From a virus (taxonomy: Duplodnaviria; Caudoviricetes), in IMG/VR virus record IMGVR_UViG_3300028805_000037, positions 96,001-160,000 of that record: a stretch of DNA of 64,000 nucleotides; one strand, written 5' to 3'. The notes under the pieces were generated by a model. The model saw only the letters and a list, made by a program, of their open reading frames with translations. It had not been told where the DNA came from and made no database searches. Below are positions 42,667 through 52,564 of the stretch, piece by piece. Each line of letters begins with the position of its first letter. Position 1 is the stretch's first letter. Position numbers and translations under genes: made by a program.

Positions 42667-43182
42667 TTATTTAATATTCTCATTATATAATATCTTTTTT
42701 AAATTGTCAAGTATTTGATTATATTTATCAAAATTAATTTCTACTTTATTTATAATAATATCTTCTAAATATAAATCAAACAATTGCATACAATACATAC
42801 AGGAGTTCATTTTACTTGGATAAGCTTTAATATAATTATAAAACAATTCTGAACTATCTTTTAATAAACTTTGAAAAAAATCAATAGGTTTTTTATATTG
42901 TGTAGTTAATTTATATTTTAAAAATGTAGTTCCTAATTCTTGTTTTATTTCATAAATAGGCTTCTTTTCCATAAACGAAATTAATGTTAAAGCATCTCCA
43001 GACTTTTTACAAGTAAAACAATAAAATGAATTTGTCTTAGGATATATTGTAAGATTAGGTGTATTTTTATCATTGTGAAATGGACATAAACAAACATATC
43101 TATCACCAGACTCTTTTAAATCAAAGTTATAGTGTTTAAAAATTGAAACTATATCTAATTGTGGTAAACTAGAAAGTTGCAC
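42667..43182 (-). CDS. Stand-alone primase CHC2 zinc-finger protein
   Basis: CPFHNDKNTPNL..FYCFTC..GDALTLI. Confidence 0.85.
   Translation of the reverse strand: MQLSSLPQLDIVSIFKHYNFDLKESGDRYVCLCPFHNDKNTPNLTIYPKTNSFYCFTCKKSGDALTLISFMEKKPIYEIKQELGTTFLKYKLTTQYKKPIDFFQSLLKDSSELFYNYIKAYPSKMNSCMYCMQLFDLYLEDIIINKVEINFDKYNQILDNLKKILYNENIK
42682..42710 (-). promoter_or_regulatory. Sigma70-type promoter embedded in the 3' end of the Zn-finger gene
   Basis: Perfect TTGACA-17-TATAAT. Confidence 0.75.
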
Positions 43183-44494
43183 TTACTGGCTCCTCCATCC
43201 GCATGTTTGAAAACATCGCAGTTATATCAAATTGACATTTCTGTCCATCTCTAACTTTTGGTGTACTTGCAGTCATCTCTACAATAGAAAGTCCTTGCAT
43301 AGCTGAAACCGGGTCTTTAAGTTTTAAAGCAAGAACTGTATCTGCATGATGAATAACCATAAATGAATTTGCTATATCTGTCATATTATAAACTGGGTTT
43401 TTAGAATTCTTTACTGCTTCAGATTTAACCTGCATAGCTGTAAGTACTGGGATTTTAAATGTTCTTGCTAAATGTCTAACATCTAAAGCTATGTTACCGA
43501 GCTCTTCCCATTTCTGTCCTGTAGATTTTTTAGGACGCATAATACCTAAGTAATCTATAATAATTAAATCTATCTTATGCTTTACTGAAATTTCTTCATA
43601 CTTAGCTGCAATTGAGTCTGCATTACATGTTGGATTATCTACAATATAAAATATATTTTCTTTCTGTTTAAAAGCCTGCATTGTATCTAAAAATCTTGTA
43701 TTCTCTTCTGCAGTTAATATACCATCTCTGAATCTATCAATATTTATATTTGCAGCAAGAGATATAAATCTACGAATGATTTGATCTTTAGGTAACTCTA
43801 TTGAAAAATATAAAATATTTTTTCCTTGTGCATATAAATGTCTAGCTACATTAATTAAAAAAACTGACTTACCTTCATTAGAACCTGCAATAACAATATC
43901 TAACTCTCCAGCTTTTAATCCGCCAGTTGCTTTATCAAATGTAGGAAAACCTGTTTGTAATCCTACAGACATTTCACCTTGTTGTACCTTTTTATATTTA
44001 TCGTAAAACTCATCTAAACTTAAAGCTAAATCACCTTCCACAACTTCTGAAGTTTCTAATGAACTAACTTTATTTAAACCTTTTTGTATTTTTAATATTG
44101 TATTATCTAAATCTGAAGAATCTAAAGAACTTGTAACATCAAGTAAAGAATTTCTTATAATAAATAAACTGTATTCTTTTCTTATAGTATCTAATAGGAA
44201 AGTAAAATTCGTTGTTAATACATAATCATTAGCTTGTTTTAAATATTGAAGTATAGGAATAGCCTGTTCTGGTTTAGAACAAATACTTGTTATAAATGTT
44301 TCTGCTTGTGCTAAAGTTAATAACTCATTATATGTTCTATAAAAACTTATAATACAATAACAAGCTGACCTTGATGCAGAAAATCCAGAAACAGAAAAAT
44401 CTATACAATTAAAATCAAATGGTTTACTTAATATATATAAAAGGTCTTCTTTATTTTTTAATATATGACTTGTAAATTCTAAATTTAAATCCAT
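43169..44494 (-). CDS. dnaB: DnaB-like replicative helicase
   Basis: TGFPTFD..GG, AGSNEGKS, FSIEL, IIIDYL, PVLTAMQ. Confidence 0.9.
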   Translation of the reverse strand: MDLNLEFTSHILKNKEDLLYILSKPFDFNCIDFSVSGFSASRSACYCIISFYRTYNELLTLAQAETFITSICSKPEQAIPILQYLKQANDYVLTTNFTFLLDTIRKEYSLFIIRNSLLDVTSSLDSSDLDNTILKIQKGLNKVSSLETSEVVEGDLALSLDEFYDKYKKVQQGEMSVGLQTGFPTFDKATGGLKAGELDIVIAGSNEGKSVFLINVARHLYAQGKNILYFSIELPKDQIIRRFISLAANINIDRFRDGILTAEENTRFLDTMQAFKQKENIFYIVDNPTCNADSIAAKYEEISVKHKIDLIIIDYLGIMRPKKSTGQKWEELGNIALDVRHLARTFKIPVLTAMQVKSEAVKNSKNPVYNMTDIANSFMVIHHADTVLALKLKDPVSAMQGLSIVEMTASTPKVRDGQKCQFDITAMFSNMRMEEPVSATF

Positions 44495-44495
44495 A

Positions 44496-44792
44496 TTACA
44501 AAATTACTCCTTCATCTAAATTCGTAAATTCATACATATGCCCTACTTGTATTTTATACTTTCTTTTAATATATGCTTTATCATCATTTAATTGTGGCGA
44601 CTCAGTAACATATATTGGATACTTTAAACTAATTGCAATTGCTAAATGTAATAATGTAACTGGTGATACATCTTTATATCTATCAACCAATGCTTTTTTT
44701 ATTTTAAGTGTTTTATTTGTTAAATCATCAACATCCTTTTTATATAAAGGTTTTTTTGTTTTCGGATGTTTACCTAATATTTTTTTGGGCAT
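44496..44792 (-). CDS. Hypothetical protein
   Basis: AGGAGGAG RBS. Confidence 0.65.
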   Translation of the reverse strand: MPKKILGKHPKTKKPLYKKDVDDLTNKTLKIKKALVDRYKDVSPVTLLHLAIAISLKYPIYVTESPQLNDDKAYIKRKYKIQVGHMYEFTNLDEGVIL

Positions 44793-45459
44793 TGACTCCT
44801 CCTAATGATTTACGGTAGTCTACACATTCGAAAGGTAACTTAATATATGCATCATATAAAATTGATTTTATACGTAAGTTTTCAATATCTCTAGCTAATA
44901 TATTACTTGTTATAATTGTAGGTTTATTTCTATCATATCTATAACGAAGCATTTCATCTACTTGAGAATCTATAAATCCTTTTGTATCTGAAAACTCGCG
45001 ACCATAATCATCTATCAATGTAAAGTCAGACTCATTTACATTATAAATATAATCATTATCTTTATCGAATAATGCTCTCTTATATTGTTCTACTGTACAG
45101 AAAAAAGTAGAGTAACCTTTAAGAATAGCTTGTTCTAAAACATAACAAGCAACATAACTTTTACCTGTTCCTGTTGTACCATAAAGATATAAACCTGTAC
45201 CTGCTTTTCTGTGGTCGTTTAACAATTTTATATATGTTGTAATTTTATCTAAACTCGTTTTTAATTCTGGAACTTGAACTTCATTTATATCTGCATATCT
45301 ATACTTTGCTGGAATTGCAGACATAATCATGTTATGTAAAAATTTATATTTCTTAACGCACTCGCAATTATAATCAGAACCTCCGCACTTAGGACAATTT
45401 GTAACTCCATCTTGTAATACTTTTAATTCTTGTATATCTGCAGGAGTATATATTTCCAT
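44770..45459 (-). CDS. DnaC/IstB-like AAA+ helicase loader
   Basis: CPKC..CEC, GLYLYGTTGTGKS, LIDDYGRE, PTIITSN, DYR. Confidence 0.85.
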   Translation of the reverse strand: MEIYTPADIQELKVLQDGVTNCPKCGGSDYNCECVKKYKFLHNMIMSAIPAKYRYADINEVQVPELKTSLDKITTYIKLLNDHRKAGTGLYLYGTTGTGKSYVACYVLEQAILKGYSTFFCTVEQYKRALFDKDNDYIYNVNESDFTLIDDYGREFSDTKGFIDSQVDEMLRYRYDRNKPTIITSNILARDIENLRIKSILYDAYIKLPFECVDYRKSLGGVNAQKNIR

Positions 45460-45468
45460 TTATTTACC

Positions 45469-45813
45469 TCACTTATTTAGCTTATCTAGAAAGCATGCTT
45501 TTAATAATATAAGATAATTAATACTGTCACCAATCTTCTCATTTAACAAATCTTTAGTAGGTAATTGTCCAGTCTTTTCAAAACGTTTAACAATATCATA
45601 AACACTTACAATATGTTTATTCATCATACCAGCTAAAGCATATACATTAGTACAATCTAGTAGCTTAGCTGCTTCATTAAAATTATGTAGTTTATCTACA
45701 TCAGTTGAGTATTCTTTTGATTTACTCATTAAAATTGTATTTATACTATTTATACAATCTTCTACAACTTTATTAAAATCATGTGCATTCATTTTTAAAT
45801 CTCCTTTAACCAA
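45469..45813 (-). CDS. Nucleotide-modification-associated/dNTP pyrophosphohydrolase-like small protein
   Basis: KSKEY..DKLHNF..KH..EKIGDSINYLILL pattern. Confidence 0.5.
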   Translation of the reverse strand: MVKGDLKMNAHDFNKVVEDCINSINTILMSKSKEYSTDVDKLHNFNEAAKLLDCTNVYALAGMMNKHIVSVYDIVKRFEKTGQLPTKDLLNEKIGDSINYLILLKACFLDKLNK

Positions 45814-47024
45814 TCTTCTGCGTCTTCAACTGTCCAAAATATCTTATAATTAAGTTTATTCTTCTTAAAACATTCAAGCTTTCTCACATCTAAATCTGTC
45901 CATACATATATTGCATTTTTATAAAACTTTGTATTTTTACTTTCATATAAATTTAATATTTTCTTATGCTCTATACTATCTTTATTAAAACTTCCTAAAC
46001 ATCTGTCATGATACCAGCCATGAGTCCAATGTCCATTGTATTCTATATACAGGTCTAAGCTCTTAATGTAAAAGTCACAAGCAAAAGGATATAAATCACT
46101 TTTATATTGTCTAATAATATCACTTTTGTTAAACTTTGTCAAGAGTAGACTGTATATTTTCTCTTCAGATTTAGATTTATTATATGAATTATTTTTACGC
46201 AATGTTGCATTACGTTTAGATACAATATTAAATTTATTTAATTGATATTGTTTTTTCCACACATCTGTTTTTGCATAATTATCGACACCATATTTTTTAA
46301 TACAAGTATCTTTTAATTTAACAACACAAGCTTTTAATTTCATAGGATTATCAACATTAAATCTTTCAATATTAGTACGTTTTACCTTATCTTTGCACTC
46401 TTTAGTTTTACTATAATTATCAACACCATATTTTTGTTTATATGTATTTTTACTATGTTCTAAAATAATAGGTTTTTTTAATTTATAATCTTCAGATTGT
46501 GAATAATATTCAACACCATATTTTTGTTTACAAGCTTTCTTCATCTTATCTTGTATAATATTTATTTTTTGTTTATAGTCATTTGACTTACTATAATTAT
46601 CTACACCATATTTTTTCAGTAATGTAGCCTTTACTTTTAATCTAATATCTTTCTGTTTATCTTGTATAGTCTTTTTGTATATATCAGTTTTACTAAAAGT
46701 AGCAACACCATATTTCTTTAAGCAAGTTTGTTTACACCTTTCTTTTGTTGTAGGTAAACTTTGGTTATATATACCTGCACACTTTAAACTACAAAAAGTA
46801 CTATAGTAATTCTTTTTATAGTTATAATTAATCACTTTTTTACAATTTTTACAAATGAAAATTTTATCTAGTGCTATATTATTATTTAAACGATAGCATA
46901 ATTCTACAAAACTTAAATTATATTTATGTAAAACATCTTTAATTTCTTGATTTAAAAATTTAGATTCTAATAATTTATATCTACAATTTTTATGAGATTT
47001 AATATATTCTAATAAATGTTGCAT
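45795..47024 (-). CDS. Putative homing endonuclease, paralog of 12122-13357
   Basis: Same architecture: ELCYRL, CxxC..FCSxxC, KKYGVDNY repeats, YPFACDFYI..LYIEYNGHWTH, WTDLDVRKLECFKKN. Confidence 0.8.
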   Translation of the reverse strand: MQHLLEYIKSHKNCRYKLLESKFLNQEIKDVLHKYNLSFVELCYRLNNNIALDKIFICKNCKKVINYNYKKNYYSTFCSLKCAGIYNQSLPTTKERCKQTCLKKYGVATFSKTDIYKKTIQDKQKDIRLKVKATLLKKYGVDNYSKSNDYKQKINIIQDKMKKACKQKYGVEYYSQSEDYKLKKPIILEHSKNTYKQKYGVDNYSKTKECKDKVKRTNIERFNVDNPMKLKACVVKLKDTCIKKYGVDNYAKTDVWKKQYQLNKFNIVSKRNATLRKNNSYNKSKSEEKIYSLLLTKFNKSDIIRQYKSDLYPFACDFYIKSLDLYIEYNGHWTHGWYHDRCLGSFNKDSIEHKKILNLYESKNTKFYKNAIYVWTDLDVRKLECFKKNKLNYKIFWTVEDAEDWLKEI

Positions 47025-47031
47025 TAATAAC

Positions 47032-47289
47032 CTATTTCTTTTTAAATTTTATACTTCTACCTTCAAATAATTTTGATAAAGTTTTTAAATCAAAAACATC
47101 TAAAGTGCTTAGTATTTTATAATATTTATTATTTAAAATCAAGTCATAATCTTTTTTATCTACCGGAGTAATAATATTTACTTCCAATGTTCTTAAATTT
47201 AAAACAATATTATCTGTATATTTTGTTATTGCAAAATCTTGATCTGTCGCTGTACATTTAACTGACCAAATACTTTTTGTTTTTCTCAT
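47032..47289 (-). CDS. Hypothetical protein
   Basis: ORF in operon. Confidence 0.6.
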   Translation of the reverse strand: MRKTKSIWSVKCTATDQDFAITKYTDNIVLNLRTLEVNIITPVDKKDYDLILNNKYYKILSTLDVFDLKTLSKLFEGRSIKFKKK

Positions 47290-47910
47290 TTACTTATCCT
47301 TATTTTCTAATTGTATTCTTCTATAATACTCTGCTATACAAACACTATCACCATCTCCAGACTCTTTAAGTATAACTGATGGATATAATTCTTTTGCTAA
47401 TTTATCTGCTGCTTTTTTAAGAAGTTTATTTCTTTCACCTTTCTCTAAACTCTTTACATATTCTTTATTATTTTTTCCAGTTGCTTCTGGTATCATTGCA
47501 TTTTGCCATTGCTTAGAATCAATCATTACATATTTAATACCTAAAGAATTTAATACGTACAAAACAGATAACCAGGCTCCAAATGCAGAAAGTGAACTTT
47601 GCATTGCCCAGCCTGCATGATAATTAACTGCAGGACGTTCTAAATAGCAAATTGTATCACTTACATTTGGTATTAAATTTTTAAGAATTTTTTTAAGTTC
47701 ATCAATATTTATAAATGTAAACTGTGCTTGATATGGTTTTGTTACATAACCATTTTTTGTTTTATATTTTCTTTTTGTTGGTTTACTCCAGCTTACTTGT
47801 TGATATGTAGGTACATTTTCAAATGCAAGTAATTTACCATTAACGTCAACAAGTGTAAAATGTGCAGTAGTTCCATTATCAAAACCAAGAATATATTTAT
47901 AACTCATCAA
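47290..47910 (-). CDS. ruvC: RuvC-like Holliday junction resolvase
   Basis: ILGFDNG, CYLERP, SKQWQ, DGDSVCIAEY. Confidence 0.7.
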   Translation of the reverse strand: MMSYKYILGFDNGTTAHFTLVDVNGKLLAFENVPTYQQVSWSKPTKRKYKTKNGYVTKPYQAQFTFINIDELKKILKNLIPNVSDTICYLERPAVNYHAGWAMQSSLSAFGAWLSVLYVLNSLGIKYVMIDSKQWQNAMIPEATGKNNKEYVKSLEKGERNKLLKKAADKLAKELYPSVILKESGDGDSVCIAEYYRRIQLENKDK

Positions 47911-48190
47911 ATTCCTCCTCTAGATAATAATCTCTATAAAAATTATTAAGATACTCATTAAGTAATTTAAACACATCTATAATATCTAACGTATATGCCA
48001 TATAATCACAAGTATTATTTTCAATCACTGTGACAATAACTTCGTAGAAACCTTTTTTACCTTTAATTTTCATTGGACGAATATTTATAAGTTCATTACA
48101 AAGTGTATAAATCTGTATACTGTATTCATCTACAGAATAAGAAAGAACCATGTGTAAATTATTCTCAACAAACTTAACTATCTCATCCAT
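47897..48190 (-). CDS. Hypothetical protein
   Basis: ORF in operon. Confidence 0.6.
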   Translation of the reverse strand: MDEIVKFVENNLHMVLSYSVDEYSIQIYTLCNELINIRPMKIKGKKGFYEVIVTVIENNTCDYMAYTLDIIDVFKLLNEYLNNFYRDYYLEEEFDEL

Positions 48191-48200
48191 AATAAAGTAA

Positions 48201-48980
48201 TCAAACCTCTATAATTAAATTTGGATTAAAATTCAAATTACATTCTCCATAAACAGAACTTCTGTATCCATAAGGATTACATACAACTCTTGTATTACCA
48301 ATCATAAAATCACTACTTGCATGTGTATGACCTGATATAACTAATGATAAATTCTTTTTCTTTTCAATAAACTTTGTTAAATCTGATGTAAAAGAAGCAT
48401 TTAAACTATTTGTAAAATACTTCGGATCAATTTGTAAAGGACTTACACAATGGTGTGTAATCAACACACACTTTTTATTTTTAAATTTTCTAAGTGTTTG
48501 TTTAATAAAGCTATATGACTCTTTAAACATATTTAAATAATGGTGTGGTTTAAGGCTTACAATTTTATCGCCTTCAAGTATCTTACCCCATCTAAAATCA
48601 TTTAAACCTTTTTCTGCAATTCGCATATTACTATTAACTGTACCATTATATTTATAGTCTGTATATAGACAACAGCCTATAAATACAATATCATTTATAA
48701 TTTTATATTGATTATTTAAGTATGAAATATCTGACTCTAAAGGAAAAGCATTACTATATATTTGTTGCAACTGTTGAATTGGTAAACCTAAATGATTATA
48801 AACTAAATGATTGCCGTGAACAAACAAACCATACTTAATATTATTCTTAATCCATTGAACTCCATTAACAGGGTCGCCACTAATATCCCCAGCTATTATT
48901 GTAAACGTATCATCATTATAATTCAAAGGATATCTATCATTTATATCTTCATGAATATCTGATATCACACGTATTTTCAC
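48201..48980 (-). CDS. Calcineurin-like metallophosphoesterase
   Basis: SDIH, AGDI, GNH, THH, SGHTH, CNPYGY. Confidence 0.9.
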   Translation of the reverse strand: MKIRVISDIHEDINDRYPLNYNDDTFTIIAGDISGDPVNGVQWIKNNIKYGLFVHGNHLVYNHLGLPIQQLQQIYSNAFPLESDISYLNNQYKIINDIVFIGCCLYTDYKYNGTVNSNMRIAEKGLNDFRWGKILEGDKIVSLKPHHYLNMFKESYSFIKQTLRKFKNKKCVLITHHCVSPLQIDPKYFTNSLNASFTSDLTKFIEKKKNLSLVISGHTHASSDFMIGNTRVVCNPYGYRSSVYGECNLNFNPNLIIEV

Positions 48981-48997
48981 AGAGTTCTCCTAACAGA

Positions 48998-49031
48998 TAA
49001 GGCTATAGATTTAATTTATTCTATAGCCTTA
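48998..49031. terminator. 12-bp intergenic hairpin
   Basis: TAAGGCTATAGA..TCTATAGCCTTA; no clear U-tract on the minus strand. Confidence 0.5.
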
Positions 49032-49050
49032 AATTTATTGAATTTTCAAG

Positions 49051-49353
49051 TTATTTTTTAGATTTCTTTTTAGAAGACTTTTTAGATTTCTTAACGTTTT
49101 CTAATTTAATACATGCATCTAATTTACATTGCAAATCATTTTTTATTCCAGTTAATTTATAAATTTCTTCTTTTAAGTTTTCATTTTCATTTTTTAATTT
49201 TTCATTATCTTCTATAATAAGTTCGTTAAGACAAGTCAATGTTTTAGAGATTTTTTCTAAAGCAATATTACTTTGAATTGTGTTGTTAAGGATAGTTTCT
49301 AATGCTCTAATTTTCTTTTTACCAAATAAATCCATTTCAATTCTCCTTTCCAT
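49051..49353 (-). CDS. Coiled-coil protein, first gene of the leftward early arm (likely start MDLFG at 49335)
   Basis: AAGGAG before the second Met; promoter upstream. Confidence 0.65.
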   Translation of the reverse strand: MERRIEMDLFGKKKIRALETILNNTIQSNIALEKISKTLTCLNELIIEDNEKLKNENENLKEEIYKLTGIKNDLQCKLDACIKLENVKKSKKSSKKKSKK

Positions 49354-49367
49354 ATAAATTTCTTAAG

Positions 49368-49396
49368 ATTATACTAAATTTTATTTTAAATGTCAA
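49368..49396 (-). promoter_or_regulatory. Sigma70-type promoter
   Basis: Perfect TTGACA-17-TATAAT. Confidence 0.8.
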
Positions 49397-49491
49397 GACT
49401 TTAAGATAGGACTTAAATTTGTTAATTTGGGATTTTTTAAATAAACTTAATTTCAAATATTTTTTATTTCCCACAGCTTTCTTTTTTCTTG

Positions 49492-49777
49492 AAAAAGAAA
49501 AAAGAAATTAAAGTGAAGTTATACTTAAACTTTAATTTACTAATGTCCTAAGTTAACGTGGTTAGCTTCTTCTGTTTCTAGGTATATTAAGCTAATGAAT
49601 AACCATCAGTATTAGGGCTTCCCTCAATTATACAAAGGAAGTTGCATACTATATACTTACTAGTATATACATTTGTACGTTGTATACTTCCTATTTCCCA
49701 ACGCTGTAGTAGTGAGCAGGAGCTTTATCATTCCTGATATTATAGTCGTAGACACTACTAGCAGATTTATCCTACGG
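49492..49777 (-). ncRNA. Candidate structured non-coding RNA (about 285 nt)
   Basis: No called ORF; higher GC than flanks; own promoter; several nested stems; terminator-like hairpin plus U-tract. Confidence 0.6.
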
Positions 49778-49782
49778 TACGT

Positions 49783-49811
49783 ATTATAATATAAAAGTAA
49801 ATAAATGTCAA
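49783..49811 (-). promoter_or_regulatory. Sigma70-type promoter for the candidate ncRNA
   Basis: Perfect TTGACA-17-TATAAT. Confidence 0.8.
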
Positions 49812-49835
49812 GTAGTTTTTTATAAATTTATTTAC

Positions 49836-49856
49836 CCTTGACATTTATATCATAAT
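49836..49856 (+). promoter_or_regulatory. Phage-specific motif copy 7 (CCTTGACA-TTTA-TATCATAAT), head of the tail-fibre/lysis arm
   Basis: Identical to copy 1. Confidence 0.8.
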
Positions 49857-49894
49857 CCTTTTATTTTTAATAGTATTTATATTATTTAAAAGAG

Positions 49895-50206
49895 GTGTTT
49901 TTTATGGCAAATATTGCATATGTACCAGTAACAAAAGACTGGACACTAGTAACAGACTTAATAGGCAATGGGTTTTCTTTTGATTCAAGTACTTTATACG
50001 TTATTGAGGCAAGAGGTTTAGGTGATGTATTACTTTTAGATTCAGATACAGAACCTGCCACAGATAGTTACAGTGGCATAAAGTTAGATGGTGCTGGTTA
50101 TAAAATTGCAAAATATACTCCGACAGATAGCACAAATTTATATATTAGATTGAACCGTAATTCATTAGAATCAGGAATTAATATTAGTACAGAAGAAGGA
50201 GAATAA
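49895..50206 (+). CDS. Small beta-rich structural protein (likely start MANIA at 49904)
   Basis: GAGGTG RBS. Confidence 0.6.
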   Translation: MFFMANIAYVPVTKDWTLVTDLIGNGFSFDSSTLYVIEARGLGDVLLLDSDTEPATDSYSGIKLDGAGYKIAKYTPTDSTNLYIRLNRNSLESGINISTEEGE

Positions 50207-50207
50207 T

Positions 50208-52544
50208 ATGAGTATAAAAATAGTATCACCTAATATAGTTTATTTGGGTTCTGCAAAAGCTCCTAGTGGTTCTGGTGGTAGTGGTAAAGTAGAAACATTA
50301 AACTATTTTCAAGAAACAGAACCTACAAACCCACAAGATGGGCAAACATGGTTTAATACAGCAGATAGTAAAATATACACTTATAAAGATGGACAATGGG
50401 ATGAAGGTAAAACACCTACCATTGGAACATTTTATTTATATGATAATAAATATTATACTTATAATGGAACGACACTTGTAGAAAGTGATTTAAACATATA
50501 CCAATTAAAAAGTAATATAAGCCAAGATTATACTGAAACAAGCCAAGAAAAATATCCATCAAGTAAAGCATTAAGTGATGCACAAAAAACCAATGTAAAA
50601 TCCGTTAATTTTAAAACACCTGTCAATGATGGTAATGTATTAATAACGCAAGTAGCTACGGCAGAAAATTTAGTTTCACCGGACAATATTAATGATACTG
50701 CATATATATTATTTAGAACAGCAGGTGGAACAAAAAGTATAAGTGATGGACCTGCAACATTAATGAAGATAGCAGGTAATGTAATAAACCCAAGAAGAAG
50801 TTTAAATAACATAGATACTACACATAACGAAACTACAAGAATAAATGCAAGTATAGATGCAACAATATTTGGTACAGCAGTAAATAATGTAAGTGGTGAT
50901 TATACATTTACATTTGATGGAACAGATTGGAGTTATGATAGTAATGTAGTTAATTTAGAAGATTATGGTATTACATTAAGTGCTACTGCATTAAATGGAG
51001 ATAGTTTTGTAGTAAGTTACACTTATGATAATACAGGCGAAGAAGTTTCAGAATCTGCAACAGCCACATACAATGCAGTAGATAGATTAACAATAGCAGT
51101 AAATGAAACAATATTTGCACAAAAAGTAAATAATGAAATAGGTACATATTCATTTTTATATCAAGGTGCTGTATGGATGAATAATGAAGCTATAGTAAAT
51201 ATAAGTGAATATGGTATAACTATTACAGGAACACCACAAACAGGTGATACAATTACAATAACATATAATGGTGATATGCAAGTTGCAACACCTACAAGTT
51301 TTCAAGCAAGTGGCTTTAACCAATTTAATCCTGCCAATGTATTAAGTGGATATACAATAAATGAAAATGGTGAAATTGTAGCAAGTGCAGGTAGTTATGT
51401 TGCATATATACATGCAGTTGGTGGACTTGAAAACAATTACGGTAACAGGCATGGTGATTATACAATATACGATAACAACACAACAGGAACATTGGTAAGG
51501 GTTGGGTATAGTGCAACAATACCTACAACATCAAGCACTATTACATTAAGTGGCAATGATGGAATAGAAGTAGTAAATGATACATCAATATTACCTGCTA
51601 ATAAATTGCAATGGATAACATTCCCAAAAGATGGATATATATGTGTAGCATTAACAGACATAACAAAGTTATGTGTACATCCTACTTGGAGTAATTATAA
51701 AGACCAAGATTATACAGAATATGTTGCACCAAGTGTAATCAATATACCTACAACAGGTTATGATATTTCAGATCCAACACAAACACAAGTATCATTAAAT
51801 TGTGCAAACTATTTTGGTAAAGTAGGTAATGTATTTGATGAAATATTCTTAGAAGATAATAGATATGTAAACAGAATAGGAAGATATGCATATAGTCAAG
51901 CGAACTTAGATACAGTTATAGAATTAGGTGTAGATTATATTTATGATAGTAATTACATTTATTATGTATTACCTACACCGATAACTTATGTTGTAGATAT
52001 ACCAAACAATGGAAAATATACAGTAAACGATTTCGGCACAGAAGAGTTTGTAGGTACAACAGTGGCAGTACTTGCAAATACATTGTATGGTAATAACTTA
52101 GTAGATAAATTAAGAACAGACGTATTAACAAAATCTGCACAAAGTTTAAGCCAAGAACAGAAAGAGCAAGTATGGCAAAATTTAGGTTTACAACCGATAT
52201 ACAACCATGTAAATACATTAGAAGCAAATGGTACAGTAACGATAAATTTAGTTCCTACAAAACAAGTATACGAACTTACACCAACATCAAATACTACATT
52301 AGTATTTAATACAGACAATTTAGTTGAGTTTAATGCACAAGACAGTGATGTAGAAATAGAATTTACATTATATATAAAAATGGTAGATGCACAACAAGCA
52401 TGGGAAATAACATTTCCTGACACTGTAGTATGGGGTAACACTTCACCAACAATGACAGCAATGGCAAATTATAAATTTAGTTTCTGTAAACCTAAAGGTA
52501 GTAATGTATGGATAGGTAATCAAATGTACAGTTGGGTTGAATAA
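50208..52544 (+). CDS. Tail fibre/structural protein with internal tandem repeat
   Basis: T/N/G-rich; two repeats (IF..VNN..G.Y.F...G..W....VN..EYGIT.....GD....Y); C-terminal ITFPDTVVW..SPT domain. Confidence 0.7.
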   Translation: MSIKIVSPNIVYLGSAKAPSGSGGSGKVETLNYFQETEPTNPQDGQTWFNTADSKIYTYKDGQWDEGKTPTIGTFYLYDNKYYTYNGTTLVESDLNIYQLKSNISQDYTETSQEKYPSSKALSDAQKTNVKSVNFKTPVNDGNVLITQVATAENLVSPDNINDTAYILFRTAGGTKSISDGPATLMKIAGNVINPRRSLNNIDTTHNETTRINASIDATIFGTAVNNVSGDYTFTFDGTDWSYDSNVVNLEDYGITLSATALNGDSFVVSYTYDNTGEEVSESATATYNAVDRLTIAVNETIFAQKVNNEIGTYSFLYQGAVWMNNEAIVNISEYGITITGTPQTGDTITITYNGDMQVATPTSFQASGFNQFNPANVLSGYTINENGEIVASAGSYVAYIHAVGGLENNYGNRHGDYTIYDNNTTGTLVRVGYSATIPTTSSTITLSGNDGIEVVNDTSILPANKLQWITFPKDGYICVALTDITKLCVHPTWSNYKDQDYTEYVAPSVINIPTTGYDISDPTQTQVSLNCANYFGKVGNVFDEIFLEDNRYVNRIGRYAYSQANLDTVIELGVDYIYDSNYIYYVLPTPITYVVDIPNNGKYTVNDFGTEEFVGTTVAVLANTLYGNNLVDKLRTDVLTKSAQSLSQEQKEQVWQNLGLQPIYNHVNTLEANGTVTINLVPTKQVYELTPTSNTTLVFNTDNLVEFNAQDSDVEIEFTLYIKMVDAQQAWEITFPDTVVWGNTSPTMTAMANYKFSFCKPKGSNVWIGNQMYSWVE

Positions 52545-52564
52545 TTGATAGGAGTTTATATAAA

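Noticed and set aside
49735-49760. ACGACTA resembling a group I intron P7 element
   Set aside because: No partner S element and no interrupted gene
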